A stretch of DNA of 60,316 nucleotides, the filler included, from Sphacelaria rigidula (lineage: Eukaryota), in the NCBI GenBank assembly GCA_964200075.2. It is 5 parts of 5 records of this genome, joined end to end, with 100 filler letters (N's around TTAATTAATTAA, not from the genome) between each part and the next. Parts side by side here need not be neighbours in the genome. Positions count along the whole stretch, not along the records: positions 36,256 to 48,236 come from CAXNAA020004273.1; positions 48,337 to 60,316 come from CAXNAA020004274.1; 3 more parts are not named here. One strand, given 5' to 3'. A program made the position numbers and the translations under genes. Below, one piece after another: positions 38,659 through 50,201 of the stretch. Below the pieces are notes generated by a model, which searched no databases, was not told the origin of the DNA, and saw only the letters and a list, made by a program, of their open reading frames with translations. How positions within the stretch are numbered: the stretch's first letter is position 1; every line of letters begins with the position of its first letter.

Positions 38659-39407
38659 TTCAAACCAAACGTAGCGAAGTGATCAAAGGTACCCTCCCCT
38701 TCAAACGTGTAACTGGTTAGTGGATGGCAGCATAATAAACCATTTTTTTCATGTTAGGTTCTTCCAAGAGATCGTGTTCGAGAACGAGGTTGAACATCTA
38801 AAAGACGTTCGATCCGCCTTTGGATTTCGGAGATTTGAGCCGGCATAGTTGCAAAACGAAAGCAGTTTCGGGTAGTAGTATGTTTTTTTGGTGGAAGCAA
38901 AAAAAAGTCCATTTGGCTAGTTGTACCCAACTAATGCGGTGCACACGTGGGTCGATGATGATGCCACCGGAGGAGTAATAGGGGGGGGGGGAACTCCTCG
39001 CCCATGTCCTTTGTGTGTCTTCGTTCGGTAACTCCCAATCGGTGGAGAGATTGGCATCATCTTACCTCCACATATCAATTTCCCGGGCCTTTTCATCGGC
39101 ACAAGAAAGGCAGGCGGCTACTCGTGACTTGTCTGTGGCGCTGGCCAGTGAAAAAATTGGCTGCTTTCTGCCTCTCTCTTCGGACAGGACGTGCCTCTGT
39201 GCGCTACAGAACACGTCGTCGAAGACAGGGGCGATATTCCTGCTATATCACTGCTATCCCCTTGTCATATACACCCGCGCGAGCAATGGCCTTCCGCGAA
39301 GATCCAATCGCTTGTGGGGGGGGGTCATCGTTGATTTTGGCCCATGCTTGGCATAAGGGAGGACAGTCGTACACATCCGGGTTGGGGGAATGTAGTAGAG
39401 AGCCCAC

Positions 39408-39656
39408 GACACTTTCTAAGATAGCCCCCCCCGAAAAAGTGCATGGTTCTTGGAGGCACAATCTTTACGTAAATCAAAATGGAAAAAGCCGAGCACAGCG
39501 AGCAGCTGGGAATTCCCACGCTTGGGTTCGTTCTCGCTAATGTTGTCAATATGAGGCGCTTCATGCAGCCCGATCCCAAACATCGGGCGCTGTTTGGCCA
39601 TTTTTTTCGTGACACTTTTGGGCTAGTTCTGGGGAGGGGCTATCGTAGAAAGTGTC
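39408..39656. mobile_element. Full-length 249-bp MITE, ~21-bp TIR, 4-bp TSD CCAC
   Basis: CCAC|gacactttctaagatagcccc ... ggggctatcgtagaaagtgtc|CCAC; three further partial copies occur in the window. Confidence 0.92.
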
Positions 39657-40089
39657 CCACGCCTGTGGAGACTTTCTTGGCATGCCTAGTGAAACAAGAT
39701 ACCTCTGGCAGTGACGTAGCTGCTACTGGTGTGGCCCACACGGGAGCGTGTCTTAGGTGATATACAGTCGATGCGCACCACTGTGGCGGATCGTGTCTTC
39801 AAATTTTCGACTCTGCGGAGGCCATCAGAAGCTTTCGCCTGACGCGAGATATGCTTCTACCGGGAGCAAGGGGGTTAGCGCAACATATGTACTACTTGCC
39901 GTTTCAGTTGTGGCTCACGCCGTCAAGCACTGACCAAAAGAGTCTTGTCTGAGATAGGTTGGGCTGGCTTTCAAGAAGCTGGAAGAAGCCCAGACAATTC
40001 GTTGTCACTGACTGTATCAATCTTTTCCTGTGTGACCCCACAGGGTACAAATAGCTTCTCGAATTTGAACTAATTTGATAGCTTCAAAA

Positions 40090-40850
40090 CGCATGTCAAA
40101 ATACAGAGGATCATTAAAATGGGACTCAAATTTTCAAACTGGGCTGAAGCCACCTCCCTGGAACAATTTTGCAAAAATAAGTAACTCAGGATTTCAGCTA
40201 CCTGTTCAAACTTCCCCTGGCTTGCCTTATCGTGCATTGTTTCTCCGGTCGTTAAAGCCATATGTATCTCCTTTCGTACACCCGAAACGGCTCTCACCAG
40301 GTGAGAGAAGACGCTGTTCATCGGATTCCCTCATCTTTGAAGAACATGATGCCGGAGTTTCATTCGAGCCCTAGGTAGGTTCGCAATGGGTAATGAGTTT
40401 CCCACCGATGAAATTTCCTATTTTTACACTTGTGAAACGTTTCCAGCAACAGTATTTCTTCTCCGAAACACCAACGTTGGCACTTTACTTTGAATGGAAA
40501 TATTCTATCATTTCGAGAGACGTTCGAAGGACAACGCGGGGCGATCTTTGATGACACCTGAAGGAAGCCGACGGAGGCTTCTCATCTCACCTGGTAATAG
40601 CCGTTTCGAATACACCAAAGGAGAAAATGTGACTTTAGATATCATAGCAACAATGCGCGACGAGGCAAGCTAGGGGAAGCTTCAACAGACAAATACAATC
40701 CTTAAGTTTCAACAGACAAATAAAATCCTCAGTTGCTTGATTTTGCAAAACTATTCCAGGGAAATTCTGACCTTTCGGAAGGTGGCTTCAGCCTCATTTG
40801 AAAATTCACCCCCATTTTCTAGGATCCTCTGTTAAAAGTTGACAATGCGC
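40090..40850. mobile_element. Larger degenerate foldback element
   Basis: acagaggatc..aaaatggg..aattttcaaa..ggctgaagccacct pairs with aggtggcttcagcc..tttgaaaatt..cccatttt..gatcctctgt; cgaaacggct..accaggtgaga pairs with tctcacctggt..agccgtttcg. Confidence 0.7.
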
Positions 40851-42180
40851 ACTTTCCCGGGCTTCCGTTAGGGTCAAGAATACAATTCCACAGTTTTTTC
40901 GGGCCCCATGGAAAATTTCCAAAAACAGGTAGTTTCTACGAATGACACTTTCCATTTTCACACCTGTAAAGCGTTTCCAGTTACGAATTTTCCGTTCCGG
41001 ACATGAACGGGTGTACGTCGTGTAGGTTCTATATACTAATCGCTGTATACAACAAATTCCACAGATATTACAAAGAATCGTGTAACGACATTTGCTTGCT
41101 TTCGGAATATACATCCAACGATCAACTCATCAGAATCTTATCCTCTTGACTGCTAGGGGTAGGAATCAAGATCACGTAATATTTTTTCAAGTGAACATGA
41201 TGCCGATTCCACACAGGGCTGAAATGCTGACTCTCAAGCGATGCTGCACTCTTAATCTTACGAAAACTTTGTTAATCCCATTCTCATCTTTTGTCTCGAT
41301 AAGACGGGACTTTAGAGGTATTATTAACGGGTCATTTTCCACCCAGATATCTCCGAATTTTTGGTAGGGGAAAAAAAAGAGGAAAGCAGTGAGAGCGGAT
41401 TTTCAACCTAAAAACTGAAGAATCACTTTCAGTCGGGAAAGAAGGTATTTATGACGGCCCGCCCGTTACTTACTCTACCGTGGAACAAAGGAAACGGCCG
41501 AAGAAGGGACGATCATCGCTTTCCCTGCTTGTGGTTGTTGCAGTAGTTGGCCTCGTCGCTATCGGAATGACTATTGCGTTACTTGGGAGTCTCTCAATCA
41601 GTTGTGCATGTGGTGACGTCAGTTTTCAATAGGAACATACAAATATGCTTGTCACATATTCAAATGTTGACCACTAGAGAACGACCAATATTATACCTTC
41701 CTGCTCTGTCTCGAAAGAACGTGCATATTACTGCCCTTCTGCGACATTTTCGGCGCCAATTGACGACCTAGGCGAAATTTGCCGCCTTCAAACCAGGAGA
41801 TCATCTCCTCCTGTCAGAGGATTCCGAATCCCGGCACACAACTTCGTCTGCCGATCTTTTATCAACGCGGTACTTCAACATCATCTGACCAAAAACCGAT
41901 CTGCGCACTATTCTCCTCGAAACTGAACACGAATAATCCGAAAATTACACGTCCCCAACGGGTCGACGGATTACTTCATAGTTTATGCGTAATTATTTGT
42001 TGATTTTTCGGCTCAAAGTCGAAGTACGTGCGCCCCAAGGGTAACTAAAGGTTGTGTTCGTGGACAGTCAGTCGGAGAGCTTGGTGTGCAGAGTGTTTGC
42101 GGGAGGCAACGAGTAAAGCGTCGTACACAACGCACTAGGCATCTCAGATTAACCAGTCTAGCAGATGGGGCGGCTCGTGA

Positions 42181-45100
42181 TGTTTCAGACTAGCATAGCG
42201 AAATGCACAACGGCAAGAACGGTCGGAGAATCAGGCAATGTGTCCGGGCCGGATAGTAAGATGGAACGGCTCTATTGTCACGTAGTGAAGACAGTGGCGC
42301 CAGTTAAGAGTGTATCAGGTACTAACGGTAGCCAGTGTGTGGTACTGACTTGTAGGTAACTAGTGGGATGTGGCGCCCCTCGCGGGTCAGACTACTCTAG
42401 TAATTCGTTCCCTGAATAATACAATATGTGAAAATCATATCTACAGTAGCGGCCGTTACTCCTATCTAAAACGCGGACATTTCTCCGAAAATAGCAAGTC
42501 TATCTGCTGAGAGTGTGAGCCTCGAGGGTATGCAGACGGATGAGCTAAATATAGGAATCTGCACGTCTCTCGTGGACAAACGCGAGAGAGCTGGGCAACC
42601 TAGACGTTGAAGCTCGTCGGGAACGTCAGAGGAAAGTATCTCTATTTACCACTTGCTGGACGCAAAACCCGTCGCCCCGTCGCGGTAGACCACCACAGGA
42701 TCGAGCCAGGAACACCAAGCCTATCAGGTATATGTGTAGCGCTCACAAACGCTGTGGTTAGTATTCACACAAGCTACGAGCGGGTCCACGGCGGTAGTTT
42801 TAGAATGCTGCGAAACCGCTGGCGGCCCCCCATATCACGGCAGGAAGGTAAGGCTGAACGCTACAACATCTCTACCGTGGGCAAGCGTAAGACGTGCGGT
42901 CGGTCCAGCTGCGCTCGCTAGAGGCAAGGCTGAGAGATCTCCATTGTACGGCGGCATGAGGATGCGAGTGACTTTGCCATCAAGCTCGAATACATCTCAT
43001 CGGAAACGTTCGAGACCGTAGGCGAGACGAAGCCTGAGGTAACCAATAAGGCAGCCCTCTTGCTAGGTATCAGGGAGGTGCTACCCTTGGTATTTGCGCA
43101 GCTCATTCGCCCGCCCTGGTGCGAACTACGATAGTTGGAAACGGCTGCTCATCCCCCCCTCCCCTTACACACATGTAGATTGAGCGGGAGAGAAATGCTG
43201 TGTTCATGGTGTTTCAGGTGAGCCAGAGTACAGCTTTTTTGGACTCGAGGAATACGCAGTGCGCACTCTGCTTCAAAAGGAATCGCACGTGGCGTTAATG
43301 CCGCCGGCGGGTATGGCACCGGCACAGGATCCCCCCGCCCCCCCGCCCCGTGCGATAACCTCAATTCCGCGCAAAGAAGGTGATCATACTACGTGGTGCT
43401 TACATGGTTGAACACCCATGGGGCGATGTGTAGGCTGTGACTGTCTCTGGAAGTGGTGATAACAGAAAACGAAGGGACTCATTGGAGGATATCACCCTAA
43501 TGCAAGATAATCAGTAGGCGTCGGGCCGAACAATCTTAGTAGGATGTAGCTCACCCTTCATGAGACTCGCCAAACATACCACGGCGCTTCGCGCTTGGTT
43601 ATTGACTGCGAGTTTGGTCCGGCGAAAACCCGGCGTGTTCCGTCCCGGCTTCTTGTGGATGCGAGGTCAATGGTCAGATGACTATGGCATGCAAGATCAT
43701 GAGTACACCCCCCGCCCCGCCCCCCCTTAACAAAAGGCGAAAAGGCGCACGAGATAACCCGCAAACAAAAGGTTCCAAGGCGTTCCTCACAATGAACCTG
43801 ATAGCCCATGAGGAGGGTATCCTTACCAGGCTCGTAGAGACAGTCGTGGTGACGTCTGCTGACGGCACACATAACATCTCCATTACGTGCAAATCTGGGG
43901 GCAATGCTCACATGATCCCGTCGTAGCAGAACCTCACGGCAACACACGTCGTCAACCGCTTACTGTATGCATGTACTTTTGGGAACAAACGCCGGCGGGG
44001 GGGAACGGCCGCCGGAGATTTTGTGCCGAAACCCATCTCGCAGGGGACGTCGGGACCCTGATTCGTTGAGCTGAAGGACGTGCCGTACGTTCCGGGACTA
44101 CCTTGCCGATTCCTGAGCACTTGCATCATTCGTCGCGACAGAGGAAAACATGTGGAATCTGGAGGCGAAGGCGGAGGCAGCTATATTGGGATCACAAAGG
44201 ATGACCCCAAGATCGAGTTGGTGGAGAAAAACAAATCTCGACGTCAAAGGGATGGCGCAACACGCAAGGCGAACCAGGGGGTTTTGGCTTACATGGCGTT
44301 TTCACGGCAAGCACCAACGGCTAAAATTCAGGGAGTGGGACGGCATACTGAGTCATACCAACCCAGCAGCTATTGAGCACCTCGAAAAGCGGGGGCTAAT
44401 CGACGTAACTAATGCCCCGGTCGCCTCCCAGATATGCTACAACGTCCGTAAGGAATGAAAGTTCGATGCGCTCAGCTACGGCCGTGACGCCATGACCCTC
44501 AAAACATCAGGTGACCTGCATGAACACTTTTACACAGATTCCAGCAATGTTTTGGTGAGATTGAGAGTAGAGCATTGATGGAGAGTGGGTTTCATAATTC
44601 GCTTCAACTCGACCTTTTGTTTTACTGCGTGTGCTTTTCTTTGCTTGTGACACTGGTGTGTGCTTCCAGCTCTACGTCGATATTCCACTCAGGGATATGA
44701 AGGGCTTCAGTGGTAAGTTTCTACGGAAAGAATATCGGACCTCGTAGAGGATCATTCCGGAACTGAACCTATTCATTCATAAGTTGACTACCTCTCACTC
44801 TCAATCGCATCCTCTACTCCCAATCTCACGGAAATATTGTTTTCCATAGGCGTGAAATACCTTCAGAGTATAGTGGGCGAGGCCAGTCGAGACAGGCACG
44901 TTTTTGGACTCAAGACGCGAGGTACTGTTACTGATACCCCCGGGTCCTGCATCGAAGGAATGGCCCGTGAAAGAGTGTCCATCAAATACATCAGCGGCGA
45001 CGGCGATAGGGCAATCGGACCGCCCATGAAGTTCCAGCGCATGTTGGCCAACCGCGGCATCAGGTGGCGGCAGTCTCCCCCTCCCCCAGGAACCCCACCC

Positions 45101-47575
45101 CCAGGACCTCCAAAGCGATGGCGTCTCTCCAAATATGCCATCAAGCATCTCATGCAGGCAGCGCCAAGTCAAGTGGGGTAGTCTAGGTGTGCCGTACTGG
45201 CTCTTCGCCGTGGAAGATGGAACATTCAAGTCTGATGGGATGCCTAGAGGATGGAACGCTATGCGAGAGTTCGACAGGGAACTACGATCGACTCCGCACC
45301 TGGCGGGTTGGAATGCTCCGTGCACCAACACCAGCAGCAACGCGATCCCGCCGCTAAGTTCCGCCCCTGGGCGAGACACGGTATCTCGCAGGCCACGCTA
45401 GTCTCCCCTATGTTGGCACATATGGTTACCGCAGGAATCAAAGCTAGTAATACCCGTGCATGTCACCTTCCATCCGGAAGAATCCCGGCATCGTGGCGGA
45501 CTTCGGAACGGTAGGGCTGAACGACGAAGATGAAGGTGGCTCCACGACGGGTACCCCGTCAAGGAGTGAACACAGACGACCGCGTCTGGACAAGAGTAGC
45601 AGTCGTCAACATCGCCGCCGGCAAAACGCTCGTCGCCGTACGGGAAATGGCGTAGGTCAAGCAAGCCAGCGCAGCGCTCAAGGTGCGACAACACAGAGCA
45701 GCCGTTCGATGATCCGACGGGGAGTGACTCCGACACGAACAATGTGGTGGTCGCCATCCTACTTCGACAACTCGAAGAAGCTCCAGAGAAGTAGCCGCGG
45801 GGTCAGGTGAACCCTCGAACATGCGGGAGGCGGCTGCCGACAATGCTTGTGGTAAGCAGGCGAAACACGAGCGACGACTCTCCGGTAGCGGTGGAGGCCG
45901 CGGTGAAGGCGGCGGCCGAGCCGGAACCGTTTTTCACCGAGAATAGTACAAATCAAGAAGCAAGTCCGTCGGCGAGCGCCATTCTCAGCGAAAGTGAGAA
46001 CGGTGCCTTCACCTCTCAAAGAAAAACGCAATCATGAAGAGATATTTGAAGAGGAGTGGCAAGCGAAGGGCAGTGAGCCCAAGAGCCGAGAGAACGATGG
46101 ATAACTAGGACCACGGCTGCCGGCGGCGGAACCTCTAGTTCATGCGACTCCAAGCACGGATGGGTGCCCCCAATGCCTCGAGGTAGAGGCACCGCGGACG
46201 GGAGAGGAGTCGAACTTTGTCAAGAAGGTATAACCATGACAAGGGTGGGGTCGCTAAAGCACAAGAGACCCTGCAAAATGGCGAAGGGGGCAAACCCTAG
46301 GACGGGTATGTGTATCTAGCGAAGACGGCCTCGCTCCAGAAGCGAAGGGAAGGCCCGCGGCGACGGAGACGGCAACGGCCGCTGAGGGATCGCTCGAGAG
46401 TGCGGGATGCGTACGAAGCAACGGCAGCCTCGCGCAACGCCAAGAAGCTTAAGAAAACACTCTAAACAAAGGAGGTTAGACGGAAGAAGAAGCAGCAGTC
46501 GAGGCAAGCCTAGAGGGTTCCCGCCCGCTGAGCAAGGATACTGATAGCGTCGCCTCCACTACCGGGGCGTCTGTTGTCCCCGACAACACCGCAGGCACAC
46601 GGTCAACGACGATCCCGCCCGAGCATCCAACGCCGACTACCGACAGCATGATTGCGACGGTGAGCTCGACCTGTTCGAAGCCAAAAGGGTAACTCCGTAA
46701 CGGCAATACCTCGAAAAGCCAGCAGGCGAGAGATCCCCAACGGTGGCAACCGCGAGCGCCGTGCTGCCCTTTTCCCCTTTGCTCCTGCTAAGCAAATCAC
46801 CCACCACTTGGAGATCTACACTGCAAGGGCCAGTCACGTTGTCAACTTCTGAGGCGGAATAAATAGCAATGGTGTAGGGTATAAGACACGGCCTTTGCAT
46901 CCGCGGTATCTTGGGCAATCCAGTACTAAGACAGAACGCAACAGTGCGGGCATGCGACAATCGCGGTGCGGTTCAAGCCAAGACCACCACGGGCTTTAGC
47001 GGACGTACGATGCGCGTGGATATGAAGCTCAAGTGAACGCTGGAATAGATCACAAAGAGGCTGTTCGACCTGGAGCACGCACCTATGACCGAGCAACTGG
47101 CACATGTTCTCACCAAGCGGCTTCGAGGGCAATCAATGAATGGCTTCGTTGACTCTGAGCTAGCAGGCCGAAAATGAGTGCATGGACTTTATATGTACCC
47201 GTCATGCGCTCATGGGGTGTATATGCAGAGGTATTTATTTGCATTTAGGCGACGTACATAACACGACGTACATATCAGACTTAATACGGTAGCAAGTGAA
47301 GCGATTCAGTATGTCTCAGACTGGTTTTATTTAAATGCACAACGGCAACAACGGTCCGGGAGCCAATCGGCGAGTGCGGTTTCAGATAAGATAGAATGGC
47401 CCTATATTGACCCTTTTATTTTCGTAGCAAGGGTCATATAATGGTGGTTCAAATCAAACAGGAGAAAGCCAGCAGTGCCAGTTCAGAGTGGACTGCATAC
47501 TAAATGATAGCTAGTGTGTGGGACTGGCTTGTAGGTAAATCGTGGGATTTGGCGCTCTGTACGGATTAGACTCAT
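42181..47575 (+). mobile_element. Heavily decayed Ty1/Copia LTR retrotransposon, RT mostly deleted
   Basis: Diverged LTR-like direct repeats start tgt(t/c)tcagact at 42181 and 47312. Gag-like DFAIKLEYIS..VGE (~42965); protease-like CKSGGNAHM (~43890); pre-integrase W.GILSHTN..IEHLEKRGLI (~44335); integrase GVKYLQSIVGEASR..ISGDG..RGIRWRQSPP (44850-45100); RNase H WRSTLQGPVTLSTSEAE..CDNRGA..EQLAHVLTK (46805-47120). Confidence 0.85.
44544..44840. mobile_element. ~300-bp TIR element inserted in the Copia integrase
   Basis: gcaatgttttggtgagattgagagtagag pairs with ctctactcccaatctcacggaaatattgt; flanks attcca / tttcca (imperfect 6-bp TSD). Confidence 0.65.
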
Positions 47576-48004
47576 TTATCGTCTGGGTAAAAAAAACGCA
47601 TCGTAGCTTTCGCTCGCCGGTTCTTCCATCGACAGTCCGGACAACTCTTCTATTATCACAAACCTGGCTACTGAGAGAGCGACAGCGATTTTAGTTTCTC
47701 TCTCAAGCGACATTATTGCCATCAAATCTAACGTCGAAGATTGTTCATCGATAGAGTAGGGTATGCCGCGCGCGAGAACAAGCGTGTGTACAGGCAGTAC
47801 GGTGGCAGAGTTGCGACTTGAGACGCAAGCGAGTGACGTGAGATTCACAGACGTTGACGTTTCAATTTATCTGCAACCACCTGGTGAATCATGCGAGTGA
47901 TTCTACGATAGGGGTGCACGTTTTAGTCCAAAGCGTTTCTGAGGCTGCACGCGAAGGCCCAGATGTTTGACATCGAGAGTCTCTCCAAGTACAGAGACTC
48001 GGAA

Positions 48005-48236
48005 GACACTTTCTAAGATAGCCCCCCCATAAAACCGGCCCAAAAGTGTCACGAAAAAAATGGCCATACAGCGCCTGATGTTTGGGTTCAGGCTGCATGA
48101 AGCGCCTTTTTTTTGACAAGATTGGCGAGAATGAACCCAAGCGTGGGAATTCCCAGCTGCTCGTTGTGCTCGGCTTTTCCCATTTCGATTTACGTTAAGA
48201 TTTTGCCTCCCCAAACCATGCACTTTTGGGTGTACT
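48005..48236. mobile_element. Near-complete GACAC-TIR MITE at the contig end (opposite orientation to the 39408 copy)
   Basis: gacactttctaagatagccccccc...aaaagtgtcacgaaaaaaatggcc...gaacccaagcgtgggaattcccagctgctcg...catgcacttt. Confidence 0.9.
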
Positions 48237-48336
48237 NNNNNNNNNNNNNNNNNNNNNNNNNNNNNNNNNNNNNNNNNNNNTTAATTAATTAANNNNNNNN
48301 NNNNNNNNNNNNNNNNNNNNNNNNNNNNNNNNNNNN
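48237..48336. other. Artificial contig linker
   Basis: N44-TTAATTAATTAA-N44. Confidence 0.98.
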
Positions 48337-49699
48337 TCAACCGCCGACAGCAAGGGTCTTATGGCTTTCACGCGACGCTGTCGGCAGTACGGCAGGCAAA
48401 CCGGATCATAGCTATCTCTCGTTGCTCTACCGCGCGTGCTCCCGTCTGCTCAGACACCGAAGTCGCAACATCTGTGAAAGCTAGAGAGTTTCATTTTCAT
48501 GAAGTCCATCCACACAATTCAAACGGCTCGCAAAACCTGAGGGAAGGTGGCCGCTTCGGGTCCAGTTAAACATCCGAGGATACCATCGAACAGCAACACC
48601 AAACTTCCCGGGAATCGGCATTACCCAATCCCTGAACAACGGAACAGAATCCGACAAGATACAGTTCGTATTAGAAAACAATGCGCATGGAACGCTTTGC
48701 AGATTGGAAAGTACGGATTTTGATGGAGGGAAACGTCTCCGGGCCCCCATTTCTGTTGTATCAGCCTGTCAAAAGTCTTTCCTTGTTCATCAATGCCTGG
48801 CTGGGGGACCGGGAAGCCGTTCTTACGGTAGTTTCCAGTGGACAGCAGTGGACACATGATGTACAGCAGCGGGTAGTGCAGGGCAGTGTGCAAATTGACA
48901 TCATAGCAGCGGCGGCATGCGGTGATACAGCTGTCTTACGAATATATTTCGTCATCGCGCAAGAGGTAGTTGATCATAGCGGGTCGGGTGTGGTACTGGT
49001 TATACTGTTTTCATTTCTACGGCCGCCACAACTCCGTGTGTTTCGATCGAATGAGCGCATACCTCGACTCTGCACATTCATGAGAGAAGAAAACGTGTCA
49101 AACCTCGAACATGAACAAACTCGAATGCGCGCTCTTTTTTTTCAACGTTTTTCACTACCAATAACGAGAGACGTCGGCAGCATTCGTCAAGTTTTTAATT
49201 TTGGGATGCCAATATATATATATTATATATATATATGTGTGTGTCACCAACCAAGAAGAAAAAACCACTAGGCTTGCAACAATTAAAATGTCCAGACTAA
49301 TGGATGGAGGGAAAAAGAAATCCAACACTCGTCAAACGTGAAGGAAAGGCGAAGCGACGGCACCATCTGCTCATACGCCGAAGGGCAGCTGTTTCTTACT
49401 GTTATCTGCAGCTTTGCACTGATCGTGACCTCATATCTACTCCGCCACACCACCCGTATGTTGCCGTTGGTAGACACCCCCGCTGAATCATATCACCAAA
49501 CCCACGAGGCACCAGCGGGTACTCTGTCGCCTCCTATCCTACGAATAGATACTCCATCCATTTGCACACCGTGCAAGCGCTCTACAGCTATACTCGCAAG
49601 CGCTCTACAGCTGGGGGTCTGCCGCTCGGGAAAAACAACCCCCCCTGCGTTTCCTGTGACGACGGTTTTGAAAAATTGAGCAAATGTGACGAAAAATAA

Positions 49700-49837
49700 A
49701 CAAAAGTATCGAGCGTATCGGTATTCGATATTGATAAATATCACATAGATCGGTTTTCTACGCTCCGATACTGATATGGCATATCGCCGATATTTATCGA
49801 AATCGTATCGATTATCGATATCCGATGTGCAACCCTG
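49700..49837. mobile_element. One end of a hAT-like non-autonomous element
   Basis: Dense TATCG/CGATA subterminal motifs ending in tgcaaccctg (reverse complement CAGGGTTGCA, typical of hAT TIRs). The other end and the TSD were not found. Confidence 0.6.
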
Positions 49838-50201
49838 GCTTTTATCCTCATTTGGTGAATTCTCATATGCGTTGTTTGAACGCTGTTGTCCCGTTTATCG
49901 GACGGAGCCTCTTGCATGACGTGGCCACATAGATGGTCTACCGATCTTTATCTCTAATGTTGCGTTTCACACTCTTGCCGAGCTCGTACACTCCTCCGGG
50001 CACCGTTTTTGAGGGGATAATCAGGGGGAAATAATGATGGGATGACTGGGCGCAGCATTGCTTCGTACTCAACTACAAAGACACCCACGAACGACAAATT
50101 GCAGTTCTCAACGGCAGTTCTTTTCTCGAAGATGTCAACTGAGTTCTGAACGTCACTTGCTGCTTTTCCTGCTGCCAACAGAGTGGCGGGTGGCACCGCG
50201 A

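Noticed and set aside
38900-40060. Coding-looking sequence around the MITE, and similar stretches at 37620-37890 and 48480-49530
   Set aside because: Stops in all frames and no recognisable motif; may be decayed gene or TE fragments but cannot be assigned.
41478-41632. Frame reading RKRPKKGRSSLSLLVVVAVVGLVAIGMTIALLG (type II membrane anchor-like)
   Set aside because: No in-frame start or convincing splice sites; too short to support.
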